This document shows positions 1 to 10,157 of a stretch of DNA of 64,000 nt, in pieces. The notes beneath the pieces were generated by a model. The model was not told where the DNA came from and searched no databases. It was given only the letters and a program-made list of their open reading frames with translations. Both the position numbers and the translations under genes were made by a program. Positions within the stretch are counted from its first letter, which is position 1. The number at the start of each line of letters is the position of its first letter. Source of the DNA: Candidatus Latescibacterota bacterium (lineage in GTDB: Bacteria > Latescibacterota > UBA2968 > UBA8231); contig OZ244561.1 of NCBI GenBank assembly GCA_965217585.1, positions 2,848,001-2,912,000 of the forward strand. The letters are read 5' to 3'.

Positions 1-1674
1 CAAATGGCGGCCTACAAGGGGGAGTTTAGCGTGGAGTTGCAACCCCTGTCGGCTCTGCACACGGATCCCGACGTGACGCAGGGGAAAGGATACGACGGCA
101 TCGCACCGCCGCGCGAGCCCTTAGAAACCTATATCGTCTTAGCCATCGCCGTGCTCCTGCTCGCTGTGGCCGTGGTCAACTACGTCAACTTGGCCACCGC
201 CCGGGCAAGTGCTCGGGGCCTAGAAATCGGGGTGCGCGTCGCCTTGGGAGCCACGCGTCGGCAACTGCCGGTGCAGTTCTGGATGGAGACGATGGTGGTA
301 TGTGGCGTGTCGCTGCTGATCGGCTTGGGTCTCGGCGGGGTCCTGCTGCCGGCGTTCAACTCGGTGTTGGGGCAAGACCTGCGTCTCGACTATACAGACC
401 CCTCCTTCATTATTGGCGGGTTGGTGCTGTTGGTGCTGACTAGTCTGCTGGCCGCCGCCTATCCGGGCTTGGTTATGGCGCGGATCAATCCCAGCGAGGC
501 CGTGCGGGGCACCAGCCTGCTCAGCCGTCGGTCGGTGCTGGGCAGTGCCTTGGTGATGGTGCAGTTTGCCGCCTGCGCTGGGCTGGCGGGTATGAGCTTG
601 GTGATGGCTCGTCAACTGCACCATCTACAATCATTCGATCTGGGCTTTGCACCCGACGATGTGCTGATGCTCAGAATTGACGAGTTGTCGGGGTACGTCA
701 ACAGCACACAGCAGCAGCAGCTCAAGGAGGGGTTGCTCGCCCATAGTGGAATCAAGGCGGTGGCTACGAGTAAGGACCATTTCTTAGAGGCGGAAACGCC
801 GTGGCTGCCAAAGACGACATTGCCCGGTGAGGATCGCACCATCCGGGCGCAATGCTTGCGCGTGGGGCCGCACTTCGTCGAGACGCTCGGCCTCCAACTA
901 GTACAAGGCTCAGATTTGGGGTCGGTCCAAGCGGGCATCTTGGTCAATGAGACCTATGTCGCTCGAGCCGGTTGGGATCAACCCATCGGCCAAGTCGTGC
1001 AGTTTACTAAATATCTAGGCCGTCGTTTGCCCAATAGAGAGGGCCGCGTCGTAGGTGTGCTGAGCGATTACTACTTCTATTCGTTGAAAAGCGGCGTCGA
1101 ACCGGGTGTGTTCTTACCCGACTCCAACATAAGAGATCACGACTTGCTGTTCGTGCGCCTCGATCCGAGGGCCGGCCACGAGGTGATTGAGCACATCGAG
1201 CGCGAGTGGAAAGCCGTCGCCCCAGACGGCGTGCTGTATCTGTCCTGGCTCGAAGACCACTTGGCCGCTTACTACCGAGACGACATAGTCTGGCTGCGGA
1301 TCGTCGGCGGGTCGGCTCTCTTGGCCGTGTTCATCGCGGCGCTGGGAGCCTATGGTCTGACGGCGATCACGGTGTCCCATCAGCGGCGCAACATCGCCTT
1401 CATGCGGACCTTGGGCGCTCAGGGTCGGCATGTGGCCGGCCTGTTGGCGCGGCGGCTGTTGTGGCTGGTGCTGGCGGGGTGCCTGCTGATAGGGCCCTTA
1501 GCACACTTGGGTGTCGAAGAGTGGCTGAGCCAGTTTTCGCAGCGGATAGACGATGGCTGGGTGTTCCTAGGCTTGGGAAGTTTGGCCGCGGCGGCCACGG
1601 CCTGCGCGGGCGTATTGTTGCACACAGTGGCCCTTATGCGGGAACCGCTCACCAAAGGCTTGCAGAGCGAGTAG
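1..1674 (+). CDS. MacB/FtsX-family ABC permease P1 (5'-truncated by window edge)
   Basis: Frame open from position 1. NYVNLATARASARGLEIGVRVALGA coupling motif, TM blocks, second periplasmic domain (ILVNETY...VVGVLSDYYF), C-terminal TM block. Confidence 0.9.
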   Translation, partial: QMAAYKGEFSVELQPLSALHTDPDVTQGKGYDGIAPPREPLETYIVLAIAVLLLAVAVVNYVNLATARASARGLEIGVRVALGATRRQLPVQFWMETMVVCGVSLLIGLGLGGVLLPAFNSVLGQDLRLDYTDPSFIIGGLVLLVLTSLLAAAYPGLVMARINPSEAVRGTSLLSRRSVLGSALVMVQFAACAGLAGMSLVMARQLHHLQSFDLGFAPDDVLMLRIDELSGYVNSTQQQQLKEGLLAHSGIKAVATSKDHFLEAETPWLPKTTLPGEDRTIRAQCLRVGPHFVETLGLQLVQGSDLGSVQAGILVNETYVARAGWDQPIGQVVQFTKYLGRRLPNREGRVVGVLSDYYFYSLKSGVEPGVFLPDSNIRDHDLLFVRLDPRAGHEVIEHIEREWKAVAPDGVLYLSWLEDHLAAYYRDDIVWLRIVGGSALLAVFIAALGAYGLTAITVSHQRRNIAFMRTLGAQGRHVAGLLARRLLWLVLAGCLLIGPLAHLGVEEWLSQFSQRIDDGWVFLGLGSLAAAATACAGVLLHTVALMREPLTKGLQSE

Positions 1675-1732
1675 GAAAGGCCGACAGAGAAGGAATCAAT
1701 GAGGTCATAACAAGACAAGGACGCGATTAGCC

Positions 1733-3085
1733 ATGCCCGCAAATATCCAAGTTTTCTCCAAAAAGCGCGCCACCGCTGCTGAGCCTGACCCCGGCAGCAC
1801 CCGTCCCGGCGGCGGCGTTGGCATGGACCGCAAAATCGAAAAGCCGCGGTTCACGCCCAAGCGCATCGCTATAGGCGCGGCTGTTTTGCTGTTGGGCGGG
1901 CTATTCGGATACGCCCTGCTCGCGGATTTCGGGGTGCGCAAACTGAATGTGGATCGCGACCGGCTGACGATCTCGATGGTCGAGTTCGGCCCGTTTCAGG
2001 AATACATCCCCGTGCGCGGTACGGTGCTGCCGCTGCACACCGTGTACCTCGACGCCCTAGAGAGGGGCCAAGTGGAGCAGGTGTTCGTCGAAGAGGGGGC
2101 CTCCGTGGCCGAGGGCGATCCACTGCTGCGGCTGGCCAACCCCGATCTGGAACTGACCGTCCTGCAACAGGAAGCCGAACTCGAGCGCAGCCGGGAGGCG
2201 TTGCGCTATGGCCGGCTGACCATGGAGCAGGAGTTGCTGCGCTCGCGGAAAGCACTAATGGAGATCGAGTACCAGCTAGCCATCAACAAGCGCAACTTCG
2301 AGCGCTACGAGCGCCTGTCGACGGAAGATTTGACGGCCATTCTGTCTCGGCAGGAGCAGGAGCGGCTGCGCGACGAGTACCAGTACAGCGTCCGCCGCAT
2401 GGCCCTGACCGAGGAGACCCAGACCCAGGACTCGCTGCTGGCGGCGAGCAAGGTGGTGCAGCTCGTCTCGGCGGTGGAGCGCATGGAACGCAATCTGGAA
2501 ATCGTCGGCCGCCGGCTCGACAATCTGACGGTGCGAGCCCCCGTGCCCGGGCAGCTAACCACGCTGAGAGCGGAGGTCGGCGAGAGCAAGGGAACGGGTG
2601 TGCGCCTCGGCCAGATCGACATGATCGACGGCTTCAAGGTGCGCGCCGCCATCGACGAGCACTACATCGACCGCGTGGGCCGGGGGCAGCGCGGCCAGTT
2701 CGACAATGGCGACGAGCCATACAGCTTGGTAATCCGCAAGGTCTATCCAGAGGTAAAGGAGGGCCGTTTTGAGGTTGATCTGATATTTGAGGGAGAAGAA
2801 CCCGAGGGCATCCGGCGCGGCCAGACCCTGCACATCCGCTTGGAGTTGGGCGATCTGGATGAAGCAATGCAAGTGGCGCGGGGCGGGTTCTATCAAGCGA
2901 CCGGAGGCCACTGGGCCTATGTGCTCGACGCTGCTGGCGACCGGGCCACGCGGCGCTCTATCGCACTGGGACGCCAGAATCCCCGGGTGTACGAAGTGCT
3001 GGAGGGGCTTGAGCCGGGTGAGCAGGTGATTACTTCGAGCTACGAGACCTTTGGCGAAGACATGGACATGTTGGTATTGCGCTAG
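1733..3085 (+). CDS. HlyD/MacA-family periplasmic adaptor (membrane fusion protein)
   Basis: Single N-terminal TM, lipoyl-like halves (GQVEQVFVEEGASVAEGDPLLRL; VRAPVPGQL), long coiled coil, C-terminal EVLEGLEPGEQVITS. Alternative start ATG at 1823 (MDRKIEK). Confidence 0.92.
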   Translation: MPANIQVFSKKRATAAEPDPGSTRPGGGVGMDRKIEKPRFTPKRIAIGAAVLLLGGLFGYALLADFGVRKLNVDRDRLTISMVEFGPFQEYIPVRGTVLPLHTVYLDALERGQVEQVFVEEGASVAEGDPLLRLANPDLELTVLQQEAELERSREALRYGRLTMEQELLRSRKALMEIEYQLAINKRNFERYERLSTEDLTAILSRQEQERLRDEYQYSVRRMALTEETQTQDSLLAASKVVQLVSAVERMERNLEIVGRRLDNLTVRAPVPGQLTTLRAEVGESKGTGVRLGQIDMIDGFKVRAAIDEHYIDRVGRGQRGQFDNGDEPYSLVIRKVYPEVKEGRFEVDLIFEGEEPEGIRRGQTLHIRLELGDLDEAMQVARGGFYQATGGHWAYVLDAAGDRATRRSIALGRQNPRVYEVLEGLEPGEQVITSSYETFGEDMDMLVLR

Positions 3086-3112
3086 CAATGCCCTAAACAA
3101 GGAGCAAAAATC

Positions 3113-3847
3113 ATGACCGAACACGCACCGAACACTGAAAACGGCCACGCACCCCTGATCCGTACCGTCGGGCTGTGCAAGCTGTACACGACCGAGGAGG
3201 TGGAGACGACCGCCTTGGACAACGTCAACCTCGAAATCGCCGAAGGCGAATTTGCCGCCATTATGGGGCCGTCGGGCTGCGGCAAGTCAACGCTGCTCAA
3301 TCTGCTCGGCCTGCTCGACAACCCGAGCGAGGGAGAATACTGGCTGCTGGACGAGGAGGTAGCGACCTACTCGGAGCGCCTGCGGGCAAATCTGCGCAAG
3401 GGGACGATCGGCTTTGTCTTTCAGTCGTTCAACCTGATCAACGAATTGACGGTACACGAGAATGTCGAGTTGCCTCTGCTCTACATGGGTATGCCGGCTA
3501 CGGAGCGCAAGCAGCGGGTGCGGTCGATCCTCGACCACATGCAGATCACCCACCGCGAGAAGCACTTTCCGCTCCAGCTTTCCGGCGGCCAGCAGCAGCG
3601 CGTGGCCGTGGCGCGGGCCTTGGTCGCGGAGCCGAAGCTGGTGCTGGCGGATGAGCCGACCGGCAACCTCGACTCGCGTCACGGCGACGAGGTCATGGAG
3701 ATGCTCACCGAGATGAATAAAAACGGCACGACGGTGGTGATGGTGACGCACTCGCCGGCCTACGCCGACTATGCGCACCGGATCATTCACCTGTTTGACG
3801 GCAAGGTCGTGAGCGAGAACATCGAGCGGGACCAGGAAGCGTCGTAA
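3113..3847 (+). CDS. LolD/MacB-type ABC ATPase 1
   Basis: Walker [10 protein letters not shown]-loop FQSFNL, signature LSGGQQQR, Walker [12 protein letters not shown]-loop VTH; RBS AAGGAG upstream. Confidence 0.96.
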   Translation: MTEHAPNTENGHAPLIRTVGLCKLYTTEEVETTALDNVNLEIAEGEFAAIMGPSGCGKSTLLNLLGLLDNPSEGEYWLLDEEVATYSERLRANLRKGTIGFVFQSFNLINELTVHENVELPLLYMGMPATERKQRVRSILDHMQITHREKHFPLQLSGGQQQRVAVARALVAEPKLVLADEPTGNLDSRHGDEVMEMLTEMNKNGTTVVMVTHSPAYADYAHRIIHLFDGKVVSENIERDQEAS

Positions 3848-3872
3848 GCACTACGAGACGAAAGGAACCATC

Positions 3873-6266
3873 ATGCTGGGCAACTACCTGACGACGGCGC
3901 TGCGGCTTCTGTGGCGGGAGCGCGGCTACGCGGCGATCAACATCTTCGGCTTGGCCATCGGCTTTGCCCTGTGTCTGCTGATCGTCCAGTTCTCCGCCTA
4001 TCAACTCGTGATTGGCGACTTCCACGAGAAAAAAGACCGGGTTTACCGCGTGCTGGGACCAAATTTTTGGACACCTGGGTACACGGGAGCACTGCCAATA
4101 CCTCTGGGGCCGGCCCTTGAGGAGCAACTGCCCGAAGTCGAAGAGGCGGTCCGCTTCACTGCGAGTTGGCCGAGTCTGCTCCGGGTCGGGTCCAAGGACG
4201 GGATCTCCGAGAAAGTGCTGACCGCGGAAGCAGGCGTTTTCGACGTGTTTAGCTTGCCGCTCCTGCGCGGCGACCCCAAGACGGCCCTGACGCGCCCCTA
4301 CACCATGGTGCTGACCGAGCCGCTCGCCCGTCGGCTGTTCGGCGAGAGCGATCCCATCGGACAGGTCGTCCGCTACGAAGAAAAATTTGATTGCGAGGTC
4401 ACCGGCATAGTCGGCCAGCCACCCACCAGCTCGTTGCTCCAGTTCTCGGCACTGCTCTCTTTTGCAACAGAGTACAAGGAGACCCCGGGAATGATGGCGT
4501 CTGGTTGGAACGCTTCAGCCTTCACGACCTTCGTGCAGCTAACGCCCGGTGCCGACCCGGCTGCGGTAGCCGGGCGCATCCCCAGTATTGTCGAGGCGAA
4601 CAGGGGGGTATCAGACGCTGATAGGGCCGAGGCGATCACAGGATCGCGAGAGACTGCTTTTTCCTACGCACTGCAACCCTTGAAATCGATCTACTTCGAC
4701 ACCGAGGTGTCCAGCAACATTGGCCCGAGTGGCAATCCCCTCTACTTGACGCTGTGCGCCATCTTAGCAGCCGTGATTCTGACGATCGCCGGGGTCAACT
4801 ACGTGAACTTGGCGACGGCGCGGGCCGGGCGGCGGACTCACGAGATCGGCGTCCGCAAGACCCTCGGCGCACATCGCGGCCAGCTCATTGGCCAGCTCCT
4901 GAGCGAGTCGGTGCTGTTGAGCGCTGGGGCGACCGTGCTGGGCGTTGCCATGGCCGAGGGTGTGATTCTGCTCATACCCGTGATTACGGGATTCGATTTT
5001 GAATTGTCCTTTCTGCGCTGGACCCTCCCGGTCTGCGCCGGGGCTGTGGTGCTGGCGGTGGGGGTCGGGTTGGCCGCGGGTGCGTACCCGGCGTGGGTAG
5101 TGGCGCGCTTTCAGCCGGCGACTGCGGTGCGCGGGGGCCGCGTGGGCGGTGCGCGTCTGCGCCGAGGTTTAGTGGTGGCGCAGTTCACGGTCACCGCGGC
5201 GTTGATGAGCATGACGCTGCTGATATGGCACCAGCTCGATTACGTCCAAAACCTCCTCCGCGAGGACTCGGCCTTGGGGTTCGAGCCAGAACAGGTAGTG
5301 GTGATCAGGAATAGTGCTTTGAGCATAGATCGCGCCCGAACCTTCAAGACGGAGTTGCTTCAAGACAGCCGCATTGCTGCGGTGAGTCTCGCTGCGACAG
5401 TGCCTGGTGAAGGTTCGAGTACGAAGTACGGCGTCAAGCCAGAGGGCGTGGAAGATCAAGTAATGATGAGAACTTATGGCGTGGATGGCGACTTCGTCGA
5501 AATCATGGGCTTGCGCATGGCCGAGGGACGCGATTTTACCGACGAAGCGACCGGCGCAGTTGTCATCAACGAGACCGCGATGCGGATGTTGGAGTGGACC
5601 GAACCGCTGGGCAAGAGGATTGCCGTCGGCGGTCAGGACCTGCGCGTCGTGGGCGTGATTGCGGACTTCCACTTCGACGGTCCGCACCGGAAGGTAGAGC
5701 CCCTGATCATGGTGCCGGTCGCCCACTGGTCGAGCCTCATTATCGTGCGGGTGCAACCCGGTCATCTCGACGCGGCCCTCAAAATGATTGACGCCAAGTG
5801 GGAGGCGGTCGCACCCTACCGCCCCATCCAGCGTCAGCCTCTCGAAGAGGTCTTCGCCGGGCTTTATTTTCAAGAGTTGTTGATAGGACGCGCCCTCACG
5901 GTCTTCCTCGTTTTATCTCTCGTCGTCGCCTCAATAGGACTTTTCGGCATGGCGGCACACGCCGCTCAAGAGCGCACGAAGGAGATCGGCATCCGCAAGG
6001 TGTTCGGCGCTTCCCCCGGCGGCCTCACTGCCATGCTGCTGCGCGACTTTGCCAAGCCCGTTGCCATCGCCTTCCTCCTCAGCGTGCCCATCGCCTATTG
6101 GTTGGCTAACCAATGGCTGCAAGACTTTGCCTATCACGTGGAAGTCGGCGTGGGCCTGTTCTTGGTGTCGGGAGCCCTGTCCTTCGCCATCGCTGGACTG
6201 ACGGTGGGCCATCAGGCGATGCGAGCGGCCCTAACCAATCCGATAGACACGCTGCACACTGAATAA
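3873..6266 (+). CDS. MacB/FtsX-family double-length ABC permease P2 (subfamily A)
   Basis: 797 aa, two periplasmic-domain + TM halves, HEIGVRKTLGA and KEIGIRKVFGA coupling motifs, C-terminal NPIDTLHTE; RBS AAAGGAA. Confidence 0.95.
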   Translation: MLGNYLTTALRLLWRERGYAAINIFGLAIGFALCLLIVQFSAYQLVIGDFHEKKDRVYRVLGPNFWTPGYTGALPIPLGPALEEQLPEVEEAVRFTASWPSLLRVGSKDGISEKVLTAEAGVFDVFSLPLLRGDPKTALTRPYTMVLTEPLARRLFGESDPIGQVVRYEEKFDCEVTGIVGQPPTSSLLQFSALLSFATEYKETPGMMASGWNASAFTTFVQLTPGADPAAVAGRIPSIVEANRGVSDADRAEAITGSRETAFSYALQPLKSIYFDTEVSSNIGPSGNPLYLTLCAILAAVILTIAGVNYVNLATARAGRRTHEIGVRKTLGAHRGQLIGQLLSESVLLSAGATVLGVAMAEGVILLIPVITGFDFELSFLRWTLPVCAGAVVLAVGVGLAAGAYPAWVVARFQPATAVRGGRVGGARLRRGLVVAQFTVTAALMSMTLLIWHQLDYVQNLLREDSALGFEPEQVVVIRNSALSIDRARTFKTELLQDSRIAAVSLAATVPGEGSSTKYGVKPEGVEDQVMMRTYGVDGDFVEIMGLRMAEGRDFTDEATGAVVINETAMRMLEWTEPLGKRIAVGGQDLRVVGVIADFHFDGPHRKVEPLIMVPVAHWSSLIIVRVQPGHLDAALKMIDAKWEAVAPYRPIQRQPLEEVFAGLYFQELLIGRALTVFLVLSLVVASIGLFGMAAHAAQERTKEIGIRKVFGASPGGLTAMLLRDFAKPVAIAFLLSVPIAYWLANQWLQDFAYHVEVGVGLFLVSGALSFAIAGLTVGHQAMRAALTNPIDTLHTE

Positions 6267-6281
6267 CCTAGTCATTTATCC

Positions 6282-6309
6282 GTAGGGGTGGTTCGCGAAC
6301 CGCCCCCAC
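6282..6309. repeat. GTAG-type REP-like palindrome
   Basis: GTAGGGGTGGTTCGCGAACCGCCCCCAC, an imperfect hairpin starting with GTAG in the P2-P3 spacer. Confidence 0.65.
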
Positions 6310-6327
6310 GACGCGAAAGGAACTATC

Positions 6328-8715
6328 ATGCTGGGCAACTATCTGACGACGGCGCTGCGCCTGCTGTGGCGGGAGCGCGGGTACGCGGCGATCAACATCT
6401 TTGGACTGGCCATTGGCTTGGCTCTATGCCTGCTGATCGTCCAGTTCTCCACCTATCAGCTCTCCGTTGGCGACTTCCACGAGAAAAAAGACCGGGTTTT
6501 TCGCGTACTGGGACCAAACTTTCGGATTGCCGAGGACGGAGAAATGGTGAGTGCCGGGCACGGAACAAGTGTGCCAATAGAGTTGGGACCGACCCTCAAA
6601 GAGCAACTGCCCGAAGTCGAGGAGGCGGTTCGCTTCAGTTCGAGGAGGCCGATTCCGCTCCGAGTCGGGGACAAGGACGCGATCTCTGAAGAAGTGCTGA
6701 CGGCGGAAGCCGGCGTTTTCGACGTGTTCAGCTTTCCGCTCCTGCGCGGCGATCCCAAAACGGCTCTGACCCGCCCCTACACCATGGTGCTGACCGAGCC
6801 GTTGGCCCGTCGGCTTTTCGGCGATAGCGATCCCATCGGACAGGTCGTCCGCTACGGCGAAAGATTCGATTGCGAGGTCACTGGTATCGTCGGCCAGCCG
6901 CCCGCTAGCTCGTTGCTCCAGTTCTCGGCGCTGCTCTCCTTTGAGACGGAGTACGAGGAGAGTCGGGCCATGATGGAAACGAGAACCGCTAGGGCCTTCA
7001 TCACCTTCGTGGAGCTAACACCCGGTGCCGACCCGGCTGCGCTAGCCGTGCGCATCCCCAGCTTCGCCGAGAAGATCACGGGGATGCCCGAACCGCCCGG
7101 TTCTTCCTACATGCTACAGCCCCTCGAAGCGATCCGCTTTGATGCGGAAGTGCCCAACAACCTCGGCCCGACTAGCAACCCCATGTACTTGGCGGTGTGC
7201 GCCATCTTAGCCGTGGTAATTCTGACGATCGCCGGCGTCAACTACGTGAACTTGGCGACGGCACGAGCCGGGCAGCGGACGCACGAGATCGGCGTGCGCA
7301 AGACCCTCGGTGCTCATCGCGGCCAGCTCATTGGCCAACTCCTGAGCGAGTCGGTGCTGTTGAGCACTGCGGCGACAGTCTTGGGCACGGTCTTAACAAA
7401 GGGTTTGGTTCTGCTGGTACCCGTGATTACGGGATTCGATATCGAGATACCTTTTCTGGACTGGACGCTCTCGGCCTGCGCCGGGGCTGCAGCGCTGGCG
7501 GTGGGGGTCGGATTGGTCGCAGGCGCGTACCCGGCTTGGGTCGTGGCGCGCTTTCAGCCGACGGTCGCCGTGAGCAGGGGCCGCGTGGGTGGTGCGCGTC
7601 TGCGCCAAGGCTTGGTGGTGGCGCAGTTCACGATTACCGCGGCGTTGATGACGATGACGCTGCTGATATGGCACCAAATCGATTTCATCCAAAACCTCGC
7701 CTTTGAGAACTCCCCCCTAGAGTTTGAGCCGGAACAGGTGGTCGTCGTCCACAACCACGGAATGACCGGGGATGAAGCCCAAGTTTTTAAGACAGAGCTG
7801 CTTCAGGACAGCCGCATCGCCGCGGTGAGTCTCGCTGAGACCGTACCTGGTGCGTTTTCGGAGGTGTCGTACAGTGCCGAGCCAGAGGGAGCCGGGGAAG
7901 TAATGATGAGAGTGTATGGCGTGGATGGCGACTTCGTCGAAATCATGGGCTTGCGCATGGCCCAAGGGCGCACCCTGACCGACGATCCGGCCGATGACCG
8001 AGCTATCGTCATCAACGAGGCCGCTGTGCAGATGCTGGGGTGGGAAGAACCGCTGGGCAAGATGATCTACAACTTCAAAGGCCAAAACTGGCGCGTCGTG
8101 GGCGTGATTGAGGACTTCCACTTCGACGGCCCGCACCGGAAGATACAGCCGCTGCTCATGGGACCGGTCACTGGCTGGGTGGGCGTCATTATCGTGCGGG
8201 TACAGCCCGGGCACCTCGACGAAGCCCTCAAGGTAATCGACGACAAGTGGGCCGCCGTTAAGCCCTACCGCCCCATCAAACGCCAACCCCTCGAAGAGGT
8301 CTCCGCCGGGTTTTACGCACAGGAACTGTTGATAGGACGCGCCCTCACGGTCTTCCTCGTTTTATCGCTCGTCGTCGCCTCGGTAGGGCTTTTCGGCATG
8401 GCGGCACACGCCGCCCAAGAGCGCACCAAAGAGATCGGCATCCGCAAGGTGTTCGGCGCTTCTCCTGGCGGCCTCACCGCCATGCTGCTGCGCGATTTCG
8501 CCAAGCCCGTTGCCATCGCCTTCCTCCTCAGCGTACCGATCGCCTATTGGTTGGCTAACCAGTGGCTGCAAGACTTTGCCTATCACGTGGAAGTCGGCGT
8601 GGGTCTGTTCTTGGTGTCGGGCGCTTTGTCCTTCGCCATCGCCGGGCTGACAGTGGGGCACCAAGCGATGCGAGCGGCGCTGACCAATCCGATAGAAACG
8701 CTGCGCACCGAGTAG
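6328..8715 (+). CDS. ABC permease P3 (subfamily A)
   Basis: 795 aa, same architecture and framework as P2. Confidence 0.95.
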   Translation: MLGNYLTTALRLLWRERGYAAINIFGLAIGLALCLLIVQFSTYQLSVGDFHEKKDRVFRVLGPNFRIAEDGEMVSAGHGTSVPIELGPTLKEQLPEVEEAVRFSSRRPIPLRVGDKDAISEEVLTAEAGVFDVFSFPLLRGDPKTALTRPYTMVLTEPLARRLFGDSDPIGQVVRYGERFDCEVTGIVGQPPASSLLQFSALLSFETEYEESRAMMETRTARAFITFVELTPGADPAALAVRIPSFAEKITGMPEPPGSSYMLQPLEAIRFDAEVPNNLGPTSNPMYLAVCAILAVVILTIAGVNYVNLATARAGQRTHEIGVRKTLGAHRGQLIGQLLSESVLLSTAATVLGTVLTKGLVLLVPVITGFDIEIPFLDWTLSACAGAAALAVGVGLVAGAYPAWVVARFQPTVAVSRGRVGGARLRQGLVVAQFTITAALMTMTLLIWHQIDFIQNLAFENSPLEFEPEQVVVVHNHGMTGDEAQVFKTELLQDSRIAAVSLAETVPGAFSEVSYSAEPEGAGEVMMRVYGVDGDFVEIMGLRMAQGRTLTDDPADDRAIVINEAAVQMLGWEEPLGKMIYNFKGQNWRVVGVIEDFHFDGPHRKIQPLLMGPVTGWVGVIIVRVQPGHLDEALKVIDDKWAAVKPYRPIKRQPLEEVSAGFYAQELLIGRALTVFLVLSLVVASVGLFGMAAHAAQERTKEIGIRKVFGASPGGLTAMLLRDFAKPVAIAFLLSVPIAYWLANQWLQDFAYHVEVGVGLFLVSGALSFAIAGLTVGHQAMRAALTNPIETLRTE

Positions 8716-8747
8716 CGCACACCCATTGCATGAGAGGAGACGCCATT

Positions 8748-10073
8748 ATGAACACTTTCATTTACCAAATGCAACGCGTCCTGATTGTGGTTGCAATGTC
8801 GGCTATGATGGGATATGGTGAGGATTCGAACTCCGAGGGAAGTGCCTCATCGCCCACAATTGAGAAGACGCTCGTCGCACATCCCGGCGAAACGCTGCAA
8901 GTCAACTCTAGGTATGCCTCGCAGACCATCGACTCCCAAGCGGGAAACCAAGTCAGAGTGGTCGTGACTCGCAGTGTCCTTGAGAAGTACGAGCACGACG
9001 CCGATCGCATTCTCCGGGAACACAAGGTCGAAATCTCGCGCCACGATCACGGTATCACCATTTACACCGATGTGGATGACTCCGTCTTGGAGCGATGGCA
9101 AGCCGATTATAAGACCGTTCCTCCGCTGCGCGTTCACGTAAAAGCACTGGTGCCAAAGCAGGGTTACGACGTAAATGCGACGACGACGTTTGGCAGTCAG
9201 GACATCCAGAACATCAATGGATCGGTCAATGCCCAAGCCCGCCAAGACGCAATTATCATTAACGCCCTCGGCGACGTTCAGGTACGCTCAATTTTCGGTG
9301 GCCTGACCATACGCGATGTCGCCGGTAGCGTCTTGCGCGCCGAGGCCCGTGGAAAGGTCGATATCAAGCACGTAAAAGGTTCCCACGTCAACGCTGCGTC
9401 GAGTTTTGGCTCTTTGGTACTGGATGACATTGCCGGTTTCGCCAATGTCAGTGCCCGTGGGGATGTGAACATCAGCAATGTAGGCGGCGACCTCGAAGTG
9501 TCGTCGAGCTTCGGCGGCGTGACCATACGCGATGTTGTCGGTAGAGTTTTGCGCGCCGAGGCCCGTGGAAAAGTTGATATCAAGCACGTAAAAGGTTCCC
9601 ACGTCAACGCTGCGTCGAGTTTTGGCTCTTTAGTACTGGATGACATTGCCGGTTTCGCCAATGTCAGTGCCCGTGGGGATGTGAACATCAGCAATGTAGG
9701 CGGCGACCTCGAAGTGTCGTCGAGCTTCGGCGGCGTGACCATACGCGATGTCGCTGGTAGTGTCTTGCACGCCAAGGCCCGCGAAAAGGTCGATATCAAG
9801 ACGGTGCGACGCGACATCTTAGACGCGCGTTCCAGCTTTGGGGGCCTTGTACTTGATGATGTTACTGGTGTCGCCTACGCACATGCGCGTCAAGCCATCA
9901 CAGTCAGCAATGTAGGCGGCGACCTCTCAGCATCCTCTAGCTTCGGCAGCGTGACAATTCATCATGTCGGTGGTTCCGTGCGCGCTGAGGCCCGGGGTGA
10001 TATTGAGCTGAAGGATGTAGCAAAAGAGGCGAGCATCCATTCGTCATTTGGCAAGGTCCGCCGGGTGGAGTAG
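8748..10073 (+). CDS. DUF4097-like (putative adhesin / beta-strand repeat) exported protein 1
   Basis: ATG at 8748 after GAGGAG; the tracked ORF start 8562 overlaps P3. Signal-like N-terminus, many SSFG/xIxNVGGDL beta-repeat units; paralogue of 14923-16149. Confidence 0.75.
   Translation: MNTFIYQMQRVLIVVAMSAMMGYGEDSNSEGSASSPTIEKTLVAHPGETLQVNSRYASQTIDSQAGNQVRVVVTRSVLEKYEHDADRILREHKVEISRHDHGITIYTDVDDSVLERWQADYKTVPPLRVHVKALVPKQGYDVNATTTFGSQDIQNINGSVNAQARQDAIIINALGDVQVRSIFGGLTIRDVAGSVLRAEARGKVDIKHVKGSHVNAASSFGSLVLDDIAGFANVSARGDVNISNVGGDLEVSSSFGGVTIRDVVGRVLRAEARGKVDIKHVKGSHVNAASSFGSLVLDDIAGFANVSARGDVNISNVGGDLEVSSSFGGVTIRDVAGSVLHAKAREKVDIKTVRRDILDARSSFGGLVLDDVTGVAYAHARQAITVSNVGGDLSASSSFGSVTIHHVGGSVRAEARGDIELKDVAKEASIHSSFGKVRRVE
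9304..9800 (+). repeat. In-frame 216-bp tandem repeat (about 2.3 copies)
   Basis: TGACCATACGCGATGT starts at 9304, 9520 and 9736; 72-aa unit TIRDV...SSSFGGV. Confidence 0.92.
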
Positions 10074-10098
10074 GGGCACCCACAAGGGACGCCCCTAC
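10070..10098. repeat. GTAG-type REP-like palindrome overlapping the stop codon
   Basis: GTAGGGGC-ACCCACAAGGGAC-GCCCCTAC; identical copy at 16146-16174. Confidence 0.7.
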
Positions 10099-10157
10099 GG
10101 AAACGAATTCGTTGATACAAATGGTTTGAAACCTGCTTCGACGCGAAAGGAACTATC

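Noticed and set aside
8562-8747. N-terminal ORF extensions (also 22208, 27994, 32957, 45562, 48099, 52901)
   Set aside because: They overlap upstream genes or repeats; paralogue alignment and RBS positions support the downstream ATGs.
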